Shown: positions 24,546 to 38,316 of the stretch, one piece after another
Layout of the letters: the number at the start of each line of letters is the position of its first letter
Position numbering within the stretch: position 1 is the first letter of the stretch
NCBI GenBank assembly: GCA_951406725.2
Contig: OX597823.1
Location: 620,001 to 684,000 of the forward strand
DNA length: 64,000 nt
From: Octopus vulgaris
Lineage: Eukaryota
Direction: 5' to 3'
Notes under the pieces: generated by a model
What the model was told of the DNA's origin: nothing
The model's input: the letters and a program-made list of their open reading frames with translations, nothing else
Databases searched by the model: none
Position numbers and translations under genes: made by a program

Positions 24546-25589
24546 TACACTGTATTATATAATATTAATTTAATATAATAATATATAGTTTATTTATGAT
24601 TGTTTTTGTTATTTTACATCCATTTTAACATGATACATTGATTCTAAGGAAATTGATGCATTCCTCAAGAACTGATGAAACCATTCCACTCATCCTTCCC
24701 CTCTGATGGATGCTTTTTCTACAGCAAAACAACAGGAAAACAAGTGTGAAATATGTCAACCTGGGGGTGGGGGGGCGGAGGAAGAAAGGGACAAGCAGAG
24801 TCTTTTGTGTTGCCTTTGGGATATTTTTCACATTTTTTTCAATTTATCACTTTAAAATTGTTTCTCTAAAATATTCAAATAACAACAAGATCCCACGTCT
24901 GTCTTGAAGATTACCTCCCTCCCTCTCTGTTAGTCAATTAAATTGCTCTAAAGAAGATTAACCACGTATGCAAATAAGAGTTAATCTTTTGTTTATTTCA
25001 AATGATTTTTTTTTTTCTGGTTTTGAGTAAACCTGAGTGAAATGCAGCTGAAGACATTGGCGAAATGGAGCATAAAATGGAACATTCTTTTGGTTTGATG
25101 AATAAAAGCATTCTAGGAGCTTCTGCTTCAAGGAATTCTAATGACACCAGTTCAGGTTTTTCTTGCCATTTCAGTGAACTCCAAACTTGCAGTGTTCAGA
25201 TTCTGGTGTATTTTTATTTGAAATGTGGAATAAAATTCGTTGAAAATAGTTTTGAATCAGGTGAGGAATGAGCGCTATACTTGAGGGTTTCATTTTCAAT
25301 GATTTGTGACGGACACATTTTCATTTTTGTTGACCATCAAAGCCCTGACTGTTCTCATTTGAGTCTTTCTAAAAAAAAGGAAAGTCATTGTTGGGGATGT
25401 ACAAATCTGGTAATTTGAAGAATATTGAAGGGAACTGAAAAAAACTTTATGGGTGATAATAAATCACAAGGTTGTCTATTAATGCATTTTAAAGAAAAAA
25501 ACTAGCTCAGAATGGGTCGAAAACTAACTTTGGGTAGAGAAAACTTGAAAAAAGATCATTCTATTGTTACTTTATTATATATTCTATAT

Positions 25590-25742
25590 TACATATGTCA
25601 TATAAATATAGTATATACTATATACATACGTGTATGCATATTATATACATACATGTGTATATAATATGTAATATATATACATACATGTGTATATATGTAA
25701 TATACATATATACATGTATAGGGAATATACAATATACAATAT

Positions 25743-25779
<37 letters not shown>

Positions 25780-25815
25780 TTGTAAACAATATGTTATATA
25801 CACATATAAGTGCAT
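25590..25815. repeat. TA/TACA low-complexity tract
   Basis: Direct reading. Confidence 0.9.
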
Positions 25816-28800
25816 ATAATTTACTGCTGACAAGAGTGATATATTAGAAGTTAGCAGCTTCTGTGCAAACTCAGTTAATGGCATCGGCTAATTACAGATG
25901 AGCAATTGGTCAAGTGCTACAGAGTGTGTGTGTGTGTGCAATTAAATTAAATCAATTGTATTAGCAGCAAGAAAATCAAAAGGATGATAATCGAGGCATC
26001 AATGTCCTCACATCACCATAAACAAGAGAGCAGCAACAAGGCAAGTTCTATCTTCATCTCTCTAGTGATATCCCAAGGGAAGGAGATGCGGAACAAAAAT
26101 GTAGATTGGTGAAGCTTTAACAGTTATTTCAGAAACTACACCCCACACCCTGGATGATCTTTTAACACCATCGGGTAAATCACAAAGCAGCATCTATTCC
26201 TTTATTGTGCTATGAAAATATATGTGTTTGTGTTAGATGCTCAGTGTAATATATGGAGGGAGGGCCACATCGGCTTGAAGGAAGTGATGACAAAAGCAGG
26301 GATGGTATGTTAACAAGGCATCAGAGAAAAATAAGAAGAAGGCTAAAATCAAACATTCTCCTACAAAACAGAGGAGTGGAATAATTCCAGAAATTGGTAG
26401 AAATGATAAATGCAAAAAAATGAAGGAAAACTGAATGCAAAATATTTTTGAATGACAGTTTTAGACAGCCAGGGCTCAACTGGAACAACACAAACAGGGT
26501 TGTATGTTGGTAGAGGAAGGATTTGCCATACCCAATATTCCAGTATGAGTCAGAGGAAAGAATTTTATGGGATAAACTATAGAATCTGAGAAGGATAATA
26601 CTGGACTGTGTCAAAAATAAATATGAAAAACAGAATAAATTAGTTTGGCATGAGGGAGAGTTTAACATTTAAGATAGAATCCTCCACTGGAGTTTAAGGG
26701 TAGATTTGACATAGGATGCAGCTGGAATAATATTCCATTTTTATTTTAGGGATACCTAATAGGCTGTGTTTCTGGACATGGTACTTATTCTTGCTCTATA
26801 TCAATTAGAAGACTGGCATCAGGTCTTCTGTGAATCTTATTTCCTAAAGACTGACGACACTGGCTGCCAGGACACTCTGCTCTTGTTTCATAGATATTGA
26901 GTCAAGTAGTAGCTTTTTGTTGGGATCATAGAAACAAATATTATTTTTAATTTGTTATCGTATGATGATAACAAGTCTGTTATCAGCAACCAGCATCTTT
27001 GGCATCTCCTTCCTCCTCCTCCTCCTACTAAGACGTTAATATTACACAATTTATGAAAAGAAATTGTAAAATCCAGTAAATGGAGGCTAAAAAATATGAA
27101 CCAATTTGAAAACAACCATTTCACTCTTGAAAACTCCACAACCAATTTCAATAGATAAAAACAAAAAGAAAAGAAGCATTAAAAATGATTAAAAAAAGAT
27201 AGAAATGGGATTCCATGGAAAATATTTAAAATTTATTTTGTTATTTGTTCTTGAAAAGAAGAGAAAATTGAATGTTTACTGACATCTTTATCACCGTAAA
27301 AACATTTGAAGTTAACCCAATTATTAAAACAGTGGAACTCCACACTTTAGTTTTTGGTTAAATTGATGCACTCATTAAATAATAATCTTAATTCCCAATT
27401 TCTTTTATTGATTGAACAGTAAAACTCACTCCAAAGGAAAAAAAGAAAAGAAAATTTTCAAATTAGAATATATTTCAACCATCAAAGTATATTTTATCTC
27501 CAAAGACAACTTTTTAAAGCAAAATAAAAACATTGAAATTTGTTAAATAGTTTCTTCTTTTACTGAGAGAAGCAACAAAATCTCGTCAATTTACCATTAA
27601 AATATTTAAGAAAAATTTAAAAAACATAAAAAAAAATTATTCAATTGTTTTGTTTTGTTTTTCCATATTAGCCTGGCTGAACAGGTCTCGTTCTCTAAAT
27701 CTTGTACTGGTTTCAGTTATTTGACTGTGGCCATGCTGGAGCAACACTTTCTAGTGTTTAGTTGATCAAACAGACCTCACTGCTCATTTCAGCCTGGTAT
27801 TTATCAATTTTTATCTGTTGAATTGCTAATTTACAATACGTAAAGAAACACAACAAATCAAGATATCTTCCTTTTGATGTTAGCATGGGTAATAAAGGAT
27901 TAGGAAAAGATTCACTTGGAATACACCTTTTATCTAACTCATGGAAAGAACAATCACAGATCAAAGAAGAATGACTCAGAAAAGAGATGATGGCCCATCA
28001 ATGAATCATCAAAACCCACAACAAGAGAGGAGGGACAATTGACATAATTTCTACAAACAACAGAGATTTCAGAGATCCACTAAGCACGATATAAAAACAG
28101 TTTTGTTTTTTTCATTTATTTTCGATTCTATCATTAGCAATGTCACACATCTTTTTTATAAGGACTCGGCTCCCTTTCAACATCTCAACCGTTTCTTCTT
28201 TTCTATTCTGAGACAAAACAGTGACTCCCAGGAATAGCCAAGTGCACCTCTTCCAACACCTAAAACAAGAGCAAAACAGGTGCACGTGCAAAATTATATG
28301 ATTCACTCTGCCGGTCTGTGTGGAGTCCTTTCTACAGGGTGCAATTGGTTGCTTTTTGCACAAGGATTAACGAACAAACAAAAAACAACAAAAAAAGAAC
28401 TGTGTATGTGTGAGTGCAAAGTTGGATTAAGACCTACTGATGACCTAACCCCACTCGGACAATTATGTCCCATTGCCCTTCATCTGTCCTATTGTTGAGA
28501 TATAAAGACATAAGTGCTGAATGTGAAAGAAGCGATAATAAAATACAGAAGGTGGGTTCTTTCTTTTTCAGCCTGTCTGACCAAATCTCACAAACATAGC
28601 CAGGTCTTAAATCTTATTCAACACTAAATAGCAAATCAATGAGTCATTCATTTACTTATAATCAGAGCAACAAGATAAAAATGCAAATTTTCAACACATG
28701 TGCGTGTTTAATGGTTAATCACACACACACACAAATGTTAATGCATGTGTCATATGTATCGGCAGACATAAACCCAGTCAAACATTAACTGATAAAACAC

Positions 28801-29444
28801 TCAATACATGAAAGTATGAATTGACCTTGAGGGGGGGGGTAAGAAGGTAGGTCAACAGTTGCCATCCACTGGATTCCACTCACCAGTTGCTGGTCGACCT
28901 AGTCTGTAGATAGATGTGTTGTTGCCTTTTTAGATTAGGAGTATTAAAAGAAAAAAAAAAAAGGAAAATTTGACTTTGATGCATTTAACCAATTAGTGGG
29001 TTAACGAGATGAAATTCAACATTAAACTGGAAATGAAATTAAAAAGTGGTTTTAGTCTTTTGTTTCATTTGGGGTTTTACAATAGTTGAAAAAAAATAAA
29101 AAGGTTGAGCAAAAGACCATAATTTCTAAGGGATTAAGTTGATTAAATTAATCTTAACGGATAAATGGTAATTATTTCATTGATGGAAGATAAAGGTTAC
29201 CACTGGTCATAATCAGAGTGAGAACAGGGAGTGGGCAGAAGTGGGGAAGGTATTTTTGAAGATGCTCAATCAATTCTAAAATGAACGAAAACACTGCTCA
29301 GTAGTGCTCACCCTGATCCTTGGGTACCTTTAGTGAAGTTGGTACTGAGTCAGATCAGGTCATTTCTTACCAAATGTTTTCCATCAATAAGTTTTTATTG
29401 TTCCATCAATTCCATCACTTTGCTGCAAAGACGCACCTATTGTA

Positions 29445-29686
29445 AAAAGCACCATCCAAATGTGATCGATGCCAGGCCCACCTAACTGGGTCCCGTGCTG
29501 GTGGCATATAAAAAGCAGCCATTACACTCTCGGAGTGGTTGGAGTTAGGAAGGGCATCCAGCTGCAGAAACACTGCCAGATCAAGATTGGAGCCTGGTGC
29601 AGCTGCAGGCTCTCCAGACCTCAGTCAAACCGTCCGACCCATGCCAGCATGGAAAATGGACGTTAAAAGATGATGATGATGATGAT
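29445..29686 (+). mobile_element. RTE LINE 3' terminal fragment with (GAT)n tail
   Basis: GTGCTGGTGGCATATAAAAAGCA...TTAGGAAGGGCATCCAGCTG...CCATGCCAGCATGGAAAATGGACGTTAAAAGATGATGAT. Confidence 0.9.
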
Positions 29687-30049
29687 TGTCACAAATCTTC
29701 TTTTTCCTGATTTTGAGGGAGCCACAACAAAGATGCTCAACCTACTAAAAACAAAGGGAAAATCTCCCTCAAATAACAACGAACCATCTTAAAACTAAAG
29801 GAAGGACACAATGAATATCATACTCCTAGGTACACTGGTGCTTAAAGAAGAAGACAAGGAAGAAACAGAATAGCCATAACATGGTGGAGATGTATTTGAT
29901 CATCTGACTGATCAGGTTTGATTAATCAGTGGACTGATTGATTACGACTGACTTAGTGATTACCAACAACAACAACCATTTTTAATGTTGTCAAGCCGAG
30001 AATATTAAAAGGGTTTGTTTCTTAAATATATTTACATATTTTTTTCAAT

Positions 30050-30415
30050 AGGCACGGGAGTGGCTGTGTGGTAAGTAGCTTGCTTACCAACCACATCGTC
30101 CTGGGCAAGTGTCTTCTACTATTGCCTCAGGCTGACCAAAGCCATGTGAGTGGATTTGGTAGATGGAAACTGAAAGAAGCCTGTCGTATATATATATATA
30201 CACACAGACACACACAAACAGCTGTGTGTGTGTTTGTGTGTCTGTGTTTATCTCCCCATCATCACCTGACAACCAATGTTGGTGTGTTTACATCCCTGTA
30301 ACTTAGTGGTTCAGGCTTGCAAAGAATAAGACCTGGGGTTGATTTGTTCAACTAAAGGCAGTGCTCCAGCATGGCCACAGTCAAATGACTGAAACAAATA
30401 AAAGAGAAAGAATAA
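30050..30415 (+). mobile_element. SINE family A, near full length, tail type 1
   Basis: Head GGCACGGGAGTGGCTGTGTGGTAAG, internal TA/CA microsatellite, and tail GTGCTCCAGCATGGCCACAGTCAAATGACTGAAACAAATAAAAGAG. Confidence 0.85.
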
Positions 30416-31201
30416 ATTCCAAAAAGCGTCAGGAAGACAAAGCAGCTAAATAAATCCGATTATTTCTTTAAGTTGTTGAAAAACCTTTATCCTCATCCTC
30501 GTTTAATGTCTGCTTTCCCTGCTGGCATGGGTTGGACGCTTTGAATGCAATAATGACTTTTTCTAAGTAGATATAAGTGTATGACAGATAATCAAGTGAA
30601 AAGAGTTGAAAGACTTAAGTGATATCTCTGCCACAAGTGGTGCACTGGGTCAAGGCCAACACACTCAACCCTCTCACCGTTCCAGGCCACATATCAGTGA
30701 ATTTTGTTGAACTCTAGGTCAATTTTGATCAAATGTGTTCCACCTGTGACCATCCCATCCTTGTATATTTGATCTTTATTTATTAAAGGTAGTGTGTGAT
30801 TTGAAGGTGATTTGGTTGTTATTTCTAGCAGGCTGGGTGGTCTCATTGATGCCCTCTCATTGGCTGTGAATATGTAACAATGAGGGCAGGAGACACACTG
30901 AGGTTAAAATGTGAAGATATTGCAACAGGCTTAGGGAATATTCCATTAGAAGATGGTGTTGCTGTGGGCCAAGGGAAGAAATCAGGAAACTGCTTCAATA
31001 TGTCCTCACAGAAAGGATAACCAAGAGTTTGATCCTATGTGACTCTTCCAATTGTGTGACTTAAAAAATATTAAGCAATTAATTCCATTAGCAAAACTGT
31101 TTATCACCCATTAACGTCTTGATTCCAAATGCCAAATCTTTCTCCATTTTGCTTATTAGAGTTTTTTTCTGAGATTTCCTCAATAAACATCAACAATTGC
31201 A

Positions 31202-32718
31202 CTAATTGCTGAGTCACTATCAGAACTAGAGGCAAGTTTCAGGTGTGGAAACAAGGATTAGAATCAAAGGGCCTTAGAGTCAAGCTAGCTAAAACCCAAA
31301 TCCTAATAAGTAGAAAGGCAGACAAACCACAAATCCCTTCAGGTTGATGGCTCTGCTTGATCTGTAGAAAAGACGTAGGTAGAAACTCCATAAGATGTAC
31401 CTGGTGTAAGCCATGGACACATAAGGGGTGCAGCAATATCAAAGGAAGGCTAACTGGGAAGATAGTTTTTGTATGTGGCAGATGCTCAGGAGTAATAAAC
31501 ACTGAAAATGCGCAGAGAACAACTTCCGCCACATTCCAGGGAGAAAAACTAGAAATAGCTGATAGCTTCCACTACCTAGGTGACCAAGTCAGTAGTGGGG
31601 ATGGGTGTGCTGAAAGTGTAACTGGTAGAGTAAGAATAGCCTGGGCAAAGTTCAGAGAGCTCTTACCTCTGTTGGTGACAAAGGGCCTCTCGCTCAGAGT
31701 AAAAGGTAGACTGTATGATGCATATGTACGAACAGCCATACTACATGACAGTGAAACATGGGCTGTGACTGCAGAGGACATGCGTAAGCTCACAAGGAGT
31801 GAAGCCAGTATGCTCCGATGGATGTGTAATGTCAGTATGCATACTCAACAGTGTTCGCACATTGAGAGAAAAGTTAGACCTAAGAAGCATTAAATGTGGT
31901 GTGCAAGAGAGATGATTGTGCTAGTATGGTCATGTGGCGAGAATGGATGTGGATAGCTGTGTGAAAAAGTGGCACACTCTAGTGGTTGAGGGAACCTGTT
32001 GAAGAGGTAGACCCAGGAAGACCTGGGATGAGTTGGTGAAGCATAACCTTCGAACATTGGGCCTCACCGAGTCAATGACTAGTGACCGAGACCCTTGGAA
32101 ATATGCTGTGCTTAAGAAGACCCGGCAAGCCAAGTGAGACCATAACCTGTGGCCTATGCCAGGGGTGTAACCAGTCCACTTATGTGTACCTTTCCTTCAT
32201 TGGACACTAAACTCTGCTTGCGAAGACCTGTTGTGGCAGGTGAAATCAAAATCAAATTCGATGACTGGCATCCGTGCTAGTGGAGCGGTAAGAGCCCCAT
32301 CCGAGTGTGATCGTTGCCAGAGCAACAAACTGGCTTCTGTGCCAATGGCACATAAAAAGCACCATTCGAGCGTGATCATTACCTGCATCACCTTACTACC
32401 ACTTGTGCTGGTGGCACGTGAACAAAACATTCGAGCGAGGTCATTGCCAGTGCTGCTGGACTGGCTCCTCTGCAGGTGGCACATAAAAAGCACCATTTGA
32501 GCATAGCCGCTGCCAGTACGGCCTGACTGGCCTTCATGCTGGTGGCATGTAAAAGCACCCACTACACTCTTAGAGTGGTTGGCATTAGGAAGGGCATCCA
32601 ACTGTAGAAACTCTGCCAGATCAGACTGGAGTCTGGTGCAGCCATCTGGTTTGCCAGACCTCAGTCAAATCGTCCAACCCATGCTAGCATGGAAAGTGGA
32701 CGTTAAACAACGACGATA
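31202..32718 (+). mobile_element. RTE LINE, 5'-truncated, second subfamily
   Basis: ORF 31357..31893 has the PHD-like Cys cluster and RIAWAKFRELLPLL. The 3' UTR (CCTATGCCAGGGGTGTAACCAG) is shared with 53075-53842 but not with 45922-49327. Ends GGACGTTAAACAACGACGAT. Confidence 0.95.
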
Positions 32719-32769
32719 TATTCAGTAAAATTATGAAAGTAAACGAAAATAGTGTTGGTCTGTAGTGTA

Positions 32770-32808
32770 TGTGTGTGTGTGAGAGAGAGAGGGAAAGAGA
32801 GGGAGAGA

Positions 32809-32870
<62 letters not shown>

Positions 32871-32902
32871 GAGAAAGAGAGAATGAGAGAGAGAGAGAGA
32901 GA
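32770..32902. repeat. (TG)n-(GA/GAAA)n microsatellite
   Basis: Direct reading. Confidence 0.9.
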
Positions 32903-33739
32903 AGGGTGTTTCTGAACTGAATGACAAGAAATGGAGTTTGTTGTAGTTAAGGAGATAAAAGAAGTGAAATGAGAGAAAGGAAGTGCGGGGGGGGGGGGGA
33001 CACTGAGTTGTTGTTCAGCATTAAAATAAATAATGTGAGGAGGAGGATGAGGAGGAGGCATGGACAGTCCAGAATGAAATGTCTATGATATAACACTGTA
33101 TTAGTAACAAGGTATTAGGAAATACCAGTTGGCTGTCAATTGTGACCGGTATTGATACCTCATTAGCCATCAGCTGCAATTGTTTATTATCAACAACAAA
33201 TGGGAAAAAAAAATGAAACAAAATTAAAGGAATGTGGTTTTGTTTTGGTTAATTGTAAACTTTTAAAATTATTCTGTCAACTGTAAAATCTTATTTACTG
33301 ACACCATTTTGATTTGAAACCTAATTGCCAGACCAGATCAGTCTGACAACATGACTGAATCATCATAATTTCACATGATTGGTCTATTAATTGACCAATC
33401 AGGGTGAGGCTGTGGGTGTGATACAGGGTTTTCTTGAACATTCTAGAATTTGGCTTCTGATCCCCAATAAAAACTGCTTGGAGTGCAGACAGCCAAGGAC
33501 CTGTTGCCATGGTAATTTACACAGTTGACTTTGTATATTTTTGGACTGACCACATTTTGTCACACATTTTGGCTTCCATTAATTTCAGAGGAGTCTGTCT
33601 CTTCTCCAGTCAGAAAATATTGATGTTGTTCATTGTAAATAGCAAACACCGAAATATCTTTGTCTGGCAAATAAGTTTGTGTGTGGCTTCAGTTATTATT
33701 CATGCATCCAATGAATATATTTCCATTTACCAGCTTCAA

Positions 33740-34227
33740 ATAGCTCCATCCAAACCCCCTTGTGACAGTATTAACCGTGCATTATCTTTTAGTTTTAAGA
33801 TATTGATGTGTATATTTTTAGAATGACGTTGTAGGTTAAGTGTAAGAGGCCAGATCTAGCTGGCTTGAATGCAAAACATGTAGACAGTGGCAGACTGACC
33901 AGGTTACCAGCTTGCCTGATGGTAAGTGGGCTCCTGCGCCATTAGAATCCATGTATGGGGGCCCATCTTAGTATCAAAGGGGTCCATCCCCTCAAGCTGG
34001 AGAATTCTTTTAATTCATACCTGGAAGAATAGATTAATTATTTCAACCTGGCTGTGTTTGTTGACAGGTGAAAAGAATACTTTTAAGAGAAAATAAATTA
34101 AACGATAGCATTGTAGTTGCGGGTGGGTCCCCTTAGTCTCCTGGCAACCAATATTTGCAGACCCAGTCCGCCGCTGCATGTAGACTATTTCAGCTGAATA
34201 TGGTTGGTTTATACGCTAAAGGGTTAA
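33740..34227. mobile_element. piggyBac-like MITE family 2 copy interrupted by a hAT MITE
   Basis: GCATTATCTTTTAG...TTTAGAATGACGTTGTAGG...GATCTAGCTGG|insert|...ACGCTAAAGGG-TTAA. Confidence 0.7.
33885..34176. mobile_element. hAT-superfamily MITE with perfect 8-bp TSD
   Basis: TIRs CAGTGGCAGACTG / CAGTCCGCCGCTG; TSD CATGTAGA at 33877-33884 and 34177-34184. Confidence 0.9.
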
Positions 34228-35599
34228 GACCAACAGAGGATGTATTCCTATTCTAAAATGAATGCATTGTAACTGTTCTACAAACTGAAAAGCTCATCAG
34301 TCAAAATGTTTGAACTGAAAGCAGTTCTTTTATTCCGGCTCCTTCCCTCCAACTGGATCCTTGTTACTATCAGTCATTAATTTGCAATTATCTAATAATT
34401 AGTTTGCAATCACCTGCCACCTGATGCAATTCTCTCTCAACACATACCTGATCCCCCTTTTCTAAAGTCTCACCTAACTCAGCTAATGTACTCATTTGAC
34501 AGGGCTCTGTCAAACAAGTACAGTACTCCTTTAACGTGCCAGTCTCAAAGAAGTACAATGCTTCCCTAACTGCTTCTACATTGTTCTGTTTTACTCAATA
34601 TGAAGAAAGTAACGATTAAATTAATTAATAAACATTACAGAAGCAGAAGGGGTCGGGGTCAGAGTTTTTACAGTTTGTCTGTGAATGATGTGATTGATGC
34701 AACTCTTGAAGAACTGCAGGAAAAAAAATATGTACAAAATGGGAAGGATTCAAGTGAGACAACATTCTGAGAAGAAGGGACCATGAGTGGTGGTGGTGGT
34801 GGTAGGAAAGGTAGAGAAAGGAGGGAAAGAGCATGGATGAGATGCTGAAGCGTGAAATTTGTCTTTGGTTGCAGCAACAGCCTCCTCACGCCAGACTGTG
34901 GGGTCTCACCAGAACTTAATAAAGGGCAAACAGATGGGTTCAGTCTTTGTTATGTTGTAGACATGGGTTGACCAGCAGAGATACTAAGTGATGTAAACCC
35001 TAAACCCTAACATTTAGAGCATCTGTTGCTTGTTTTTAAGAGAAGATGCCATGTTGTGTTCTTGCTTTCTGCAGCAACTTTGTGAGTGTTTGTGAAATTC
35101 TAAATTAATGGCAAATGGGAGCAACATTTTAGAAGCAGGAATTGTATTGCAGCTGATGAGCCTCATCAACGCAATATCTGCGGAACGGGGAATATGAATC
35201 AAATATATCGTACAAGCTGAATGTCTGACATTAAATGTGTTTAGAAAGAATAATCGTTGTGAGATGCAGGGAAGAGTCTGGGGTAAATTGCAGTTTAATA
35301 AATTAAAGTTAAAAAATGCTACAGCAAGTTGTTTCAATATCCACAGATTGTCGAATGGTCAATGCAATAAGTTGTGTATGATGGCAAACAAATTAATAGC
35401 AACCAAAGAGTGAAGAGATGACAGTGAAAAGGTTTCGGCTCTGTCGGTCTGAAGAAAATGAACAACTGGGACATTAGCAACTTTCTTTTATTGTTTAGAA
35501 ACAAAATCAATTTAACAAAAGTATCTCAACCAACACCATAATATTATTGGGATGTAATCTAAGAATTCAGGAGGAATGGAAGAATGAGATGTGGATATC

Positions 35600-35822
35600 T
35601 AAGCCTTAGGCATTTCAATTATTCCATCAACTGTTTTGTTTATTTATATTGTTTTGAATTATTCATACATTATGTTGTAACTTTGAGATTTTGATAATGT
35701 GGCAGTTTATTTTTAGAATGACATTGTAGGCAGGTGTAAGAAGCAGGATCTGGCCAGGTTGACCCCAAAACAGGTAAAATATATTGCCTGGATATGGCCG
35801 GTTTAAATGCTAAAGTATTAAA
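35600..35822. mobile_element. piggyBac-like MITE family 2 copy
   Basis: CCTTAGGCATT...TTTAGAATGACATTGTAGG...GATCTGGCCAGG...AAATGCTAAAGTA-TTAA. Confidence 0.7.
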
Positions 35823-37288
35823 CATAGAAATATTAAGCAGACAGGAGACAGACAGAAGCTGGGCAGGTGGACAGCTTCTGTTCTCTCAATATACAACTTG
35901 TACCAAATATTGCAATAATTATTACAACACAAGGGATGTAAGAAGCCCTAAAGATCAGTTGTCTACAGATGTAAACATTGACCCTTCTATGCCCAAACTG
36001 ATCTGATCAAAACTCAACTCATAAAAGACACTTGTATCAATGCCATTTCATTTTTTTTTTTTCATTAACAAGCAACTTCACAAATCTCATATCTTGCTAT
36101 GAAGCCAAGTCTTGTAAGCCAGGCTTATCAATTCCATGCTAATTCACCAACTTTTGCAACCATTTTCGCATCTAAAACTTTCAGTCAAAAGAAAAGAGAA
36201 AAACAATTTTTTTTTTCATGGTGGCAGCTTTGAAAGTAAAAACCAATTTTCTATAGTGGTTGCTTTAAATATCTCTTTGGTTCTTTGTTCTTTCCTTTTT
36301 TTTTTTTTTTCCATTTCTACCTAGCAACAAACAGCTAAAGAAGTGGCATAAGCTAGAAGAAATGCTAAAGGCTAAAGGAATTCATTGCAGTCATTTGATG
36401 TATGTTGAGATATTAATGGTTTCTTGCACAACAATGAAGAAACCTTGATTTTAGGAAAGGAATTTATACAAAGATTTCGTGTCTTTTCTTAAAATGTATA
36501 TGAGCAAACATGAAGCAACTGAAACTGAGAGGTCGCAAGAATTTACTGCTGTTGACCAGACATTAAAACAGAAATGCCTTCTATGGCTACCACTTTTTTT
36601 TTTTTTTTGAAAAGGAAAAGAGATGAAAGGGTAAAAATTCAGAATCTCAGCAAATTCTAATCAATAAGAGAGTTTGCAAAGTTTTAGCCCTTGTTGTTTG
36701 TCTGAGAGTGATGAAAAACGGAAAGAAACTTTGGAGAATCGTCTTAATTCCAAATAATAAATAACATTAATTTTTATCTACCTTAAGGATTTTTGTACAC
36801 TGTCTTTGGAACTGTAAAATATGATATCAAACATGTATGACATGAAACATTTGAACACGCACACACACACACAAATGCAAATATGTCTAATGAACACATG
36901 TAGTATGGTTCTCTTCTCTTGGTACAAGTTCTATGAAGGTAAGAATAATTGGAGAATTTTTTACATGACATAAAGATGAAGGGAGGAGAGGATTACGGAG
37001 AGGACTTTTGACCATGTGATCAGGAATTTACTCCTAATAACAATCATTATTTTGTGCTCCTCACTAATGTAGCCCCTCCTCATCATCACAGACAGTCTCC
37101 ACTGAAGCGAGGAAAATATCACATCCATCAAATTCCTTGCTGTGACAATATGCAAATGTCAACATTTGTAAAAGCCACCCATGCAGCAGATTAATGGAAG
37201 TAAGATGTGTGCTTTTAATTGAAATGGATACATACATACAAACACACACACATGCACACACATATATATACATACATGTATTTTCTCA

Positions 37289-37375
<87 letters not shown>

Positions 37376-38271
37376 AGTAAGTGGACAAACGAAAGAAGGG
37401 CACTCAACCAATTTATTGGGAGTCACATGACTAGATCAAAACAGTTTGAGTGAAATTCGTTGGTACTCTTGAGTTTCAAGAGTGATGCGAGTCGTCCACC
37501 ATTTTGAATTTGTATGACAGAAGTTGATTGTTGTTACCGTAAGGTGGGCTGCGATTGGTCGAGGAAGGTCACATAGTGTCATGGTTTGATGTCGGTATAT
37601 AGGTAACAGTTAGTTGGAAATACCGCATGATGAACAGGAAATTGACCAGGAGGAGGACAACGAATGGACAACGTAGTGATGAGGAAGTCAGTCAAGTTGT
37701 TGGTGGGGGAAGGGGAGTAGGAAGAGGTGTTACATCCAAGTATAGAGTTCTATATGAGGGGGAGTAGGCATGCTCATATAGTTTTGTGTGCATGTGTATA
37801 TTGATGCAAGCAGGGTGCACATGCACACGTCTGCACACACACGCTTGGTCAAACACATACACGCATACACATACATGCATGCACATACACGCATACGCAC
37901 ACACATTATACTTGCCAGTCAGGATTCATATAAGCTCCAAGGTAGCATTTTGTAGCAATTTGTATCTATAGAAATATTCTTCTAACGAGACGAATGGAAT
38001 CGTCATCTTGTTTATTTCCGTTATTTTACGATACAGTATATAATATGGTAAAATAGGTTCCAAACTTTGAAACTGCAACAGAGAATTAACCCTTTATTTT
38101 CAAATTGTGAATTTTACATCATGTCGCTTGCAGACAGCTTTATTGTGAGGAGATAAAATATGAGTGACAATAGTGGCTTTTTTAGTGGTTTTTGACTGCT
38201 ATTTCTAAACATGTAAGGGTCTTTGCAACCCTCTGTGTTATAATTGTGATTTATTCATAATTATAAACACT

Positions 38272-38316
<45 letters not shown>

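Noticed and set aside
26230-26890. Possible very old RTE-like C-terminal relic on the plus strand
   Set aside because: Only vague motif resemblance with many stops; too degenerate to call.
28112-28280. Possible minus-strand exon after the acceptor-like TTTTGCTCTTGTTTTAG at about 28260
   Set aside because: There is no recognisable protein similarity and no partner exons; it cannot be supported without RNA-seq.
34994-35010. Telomere-like AAACCCTAAACCCTAA
   Set aside because: Only two units; expected by chance.
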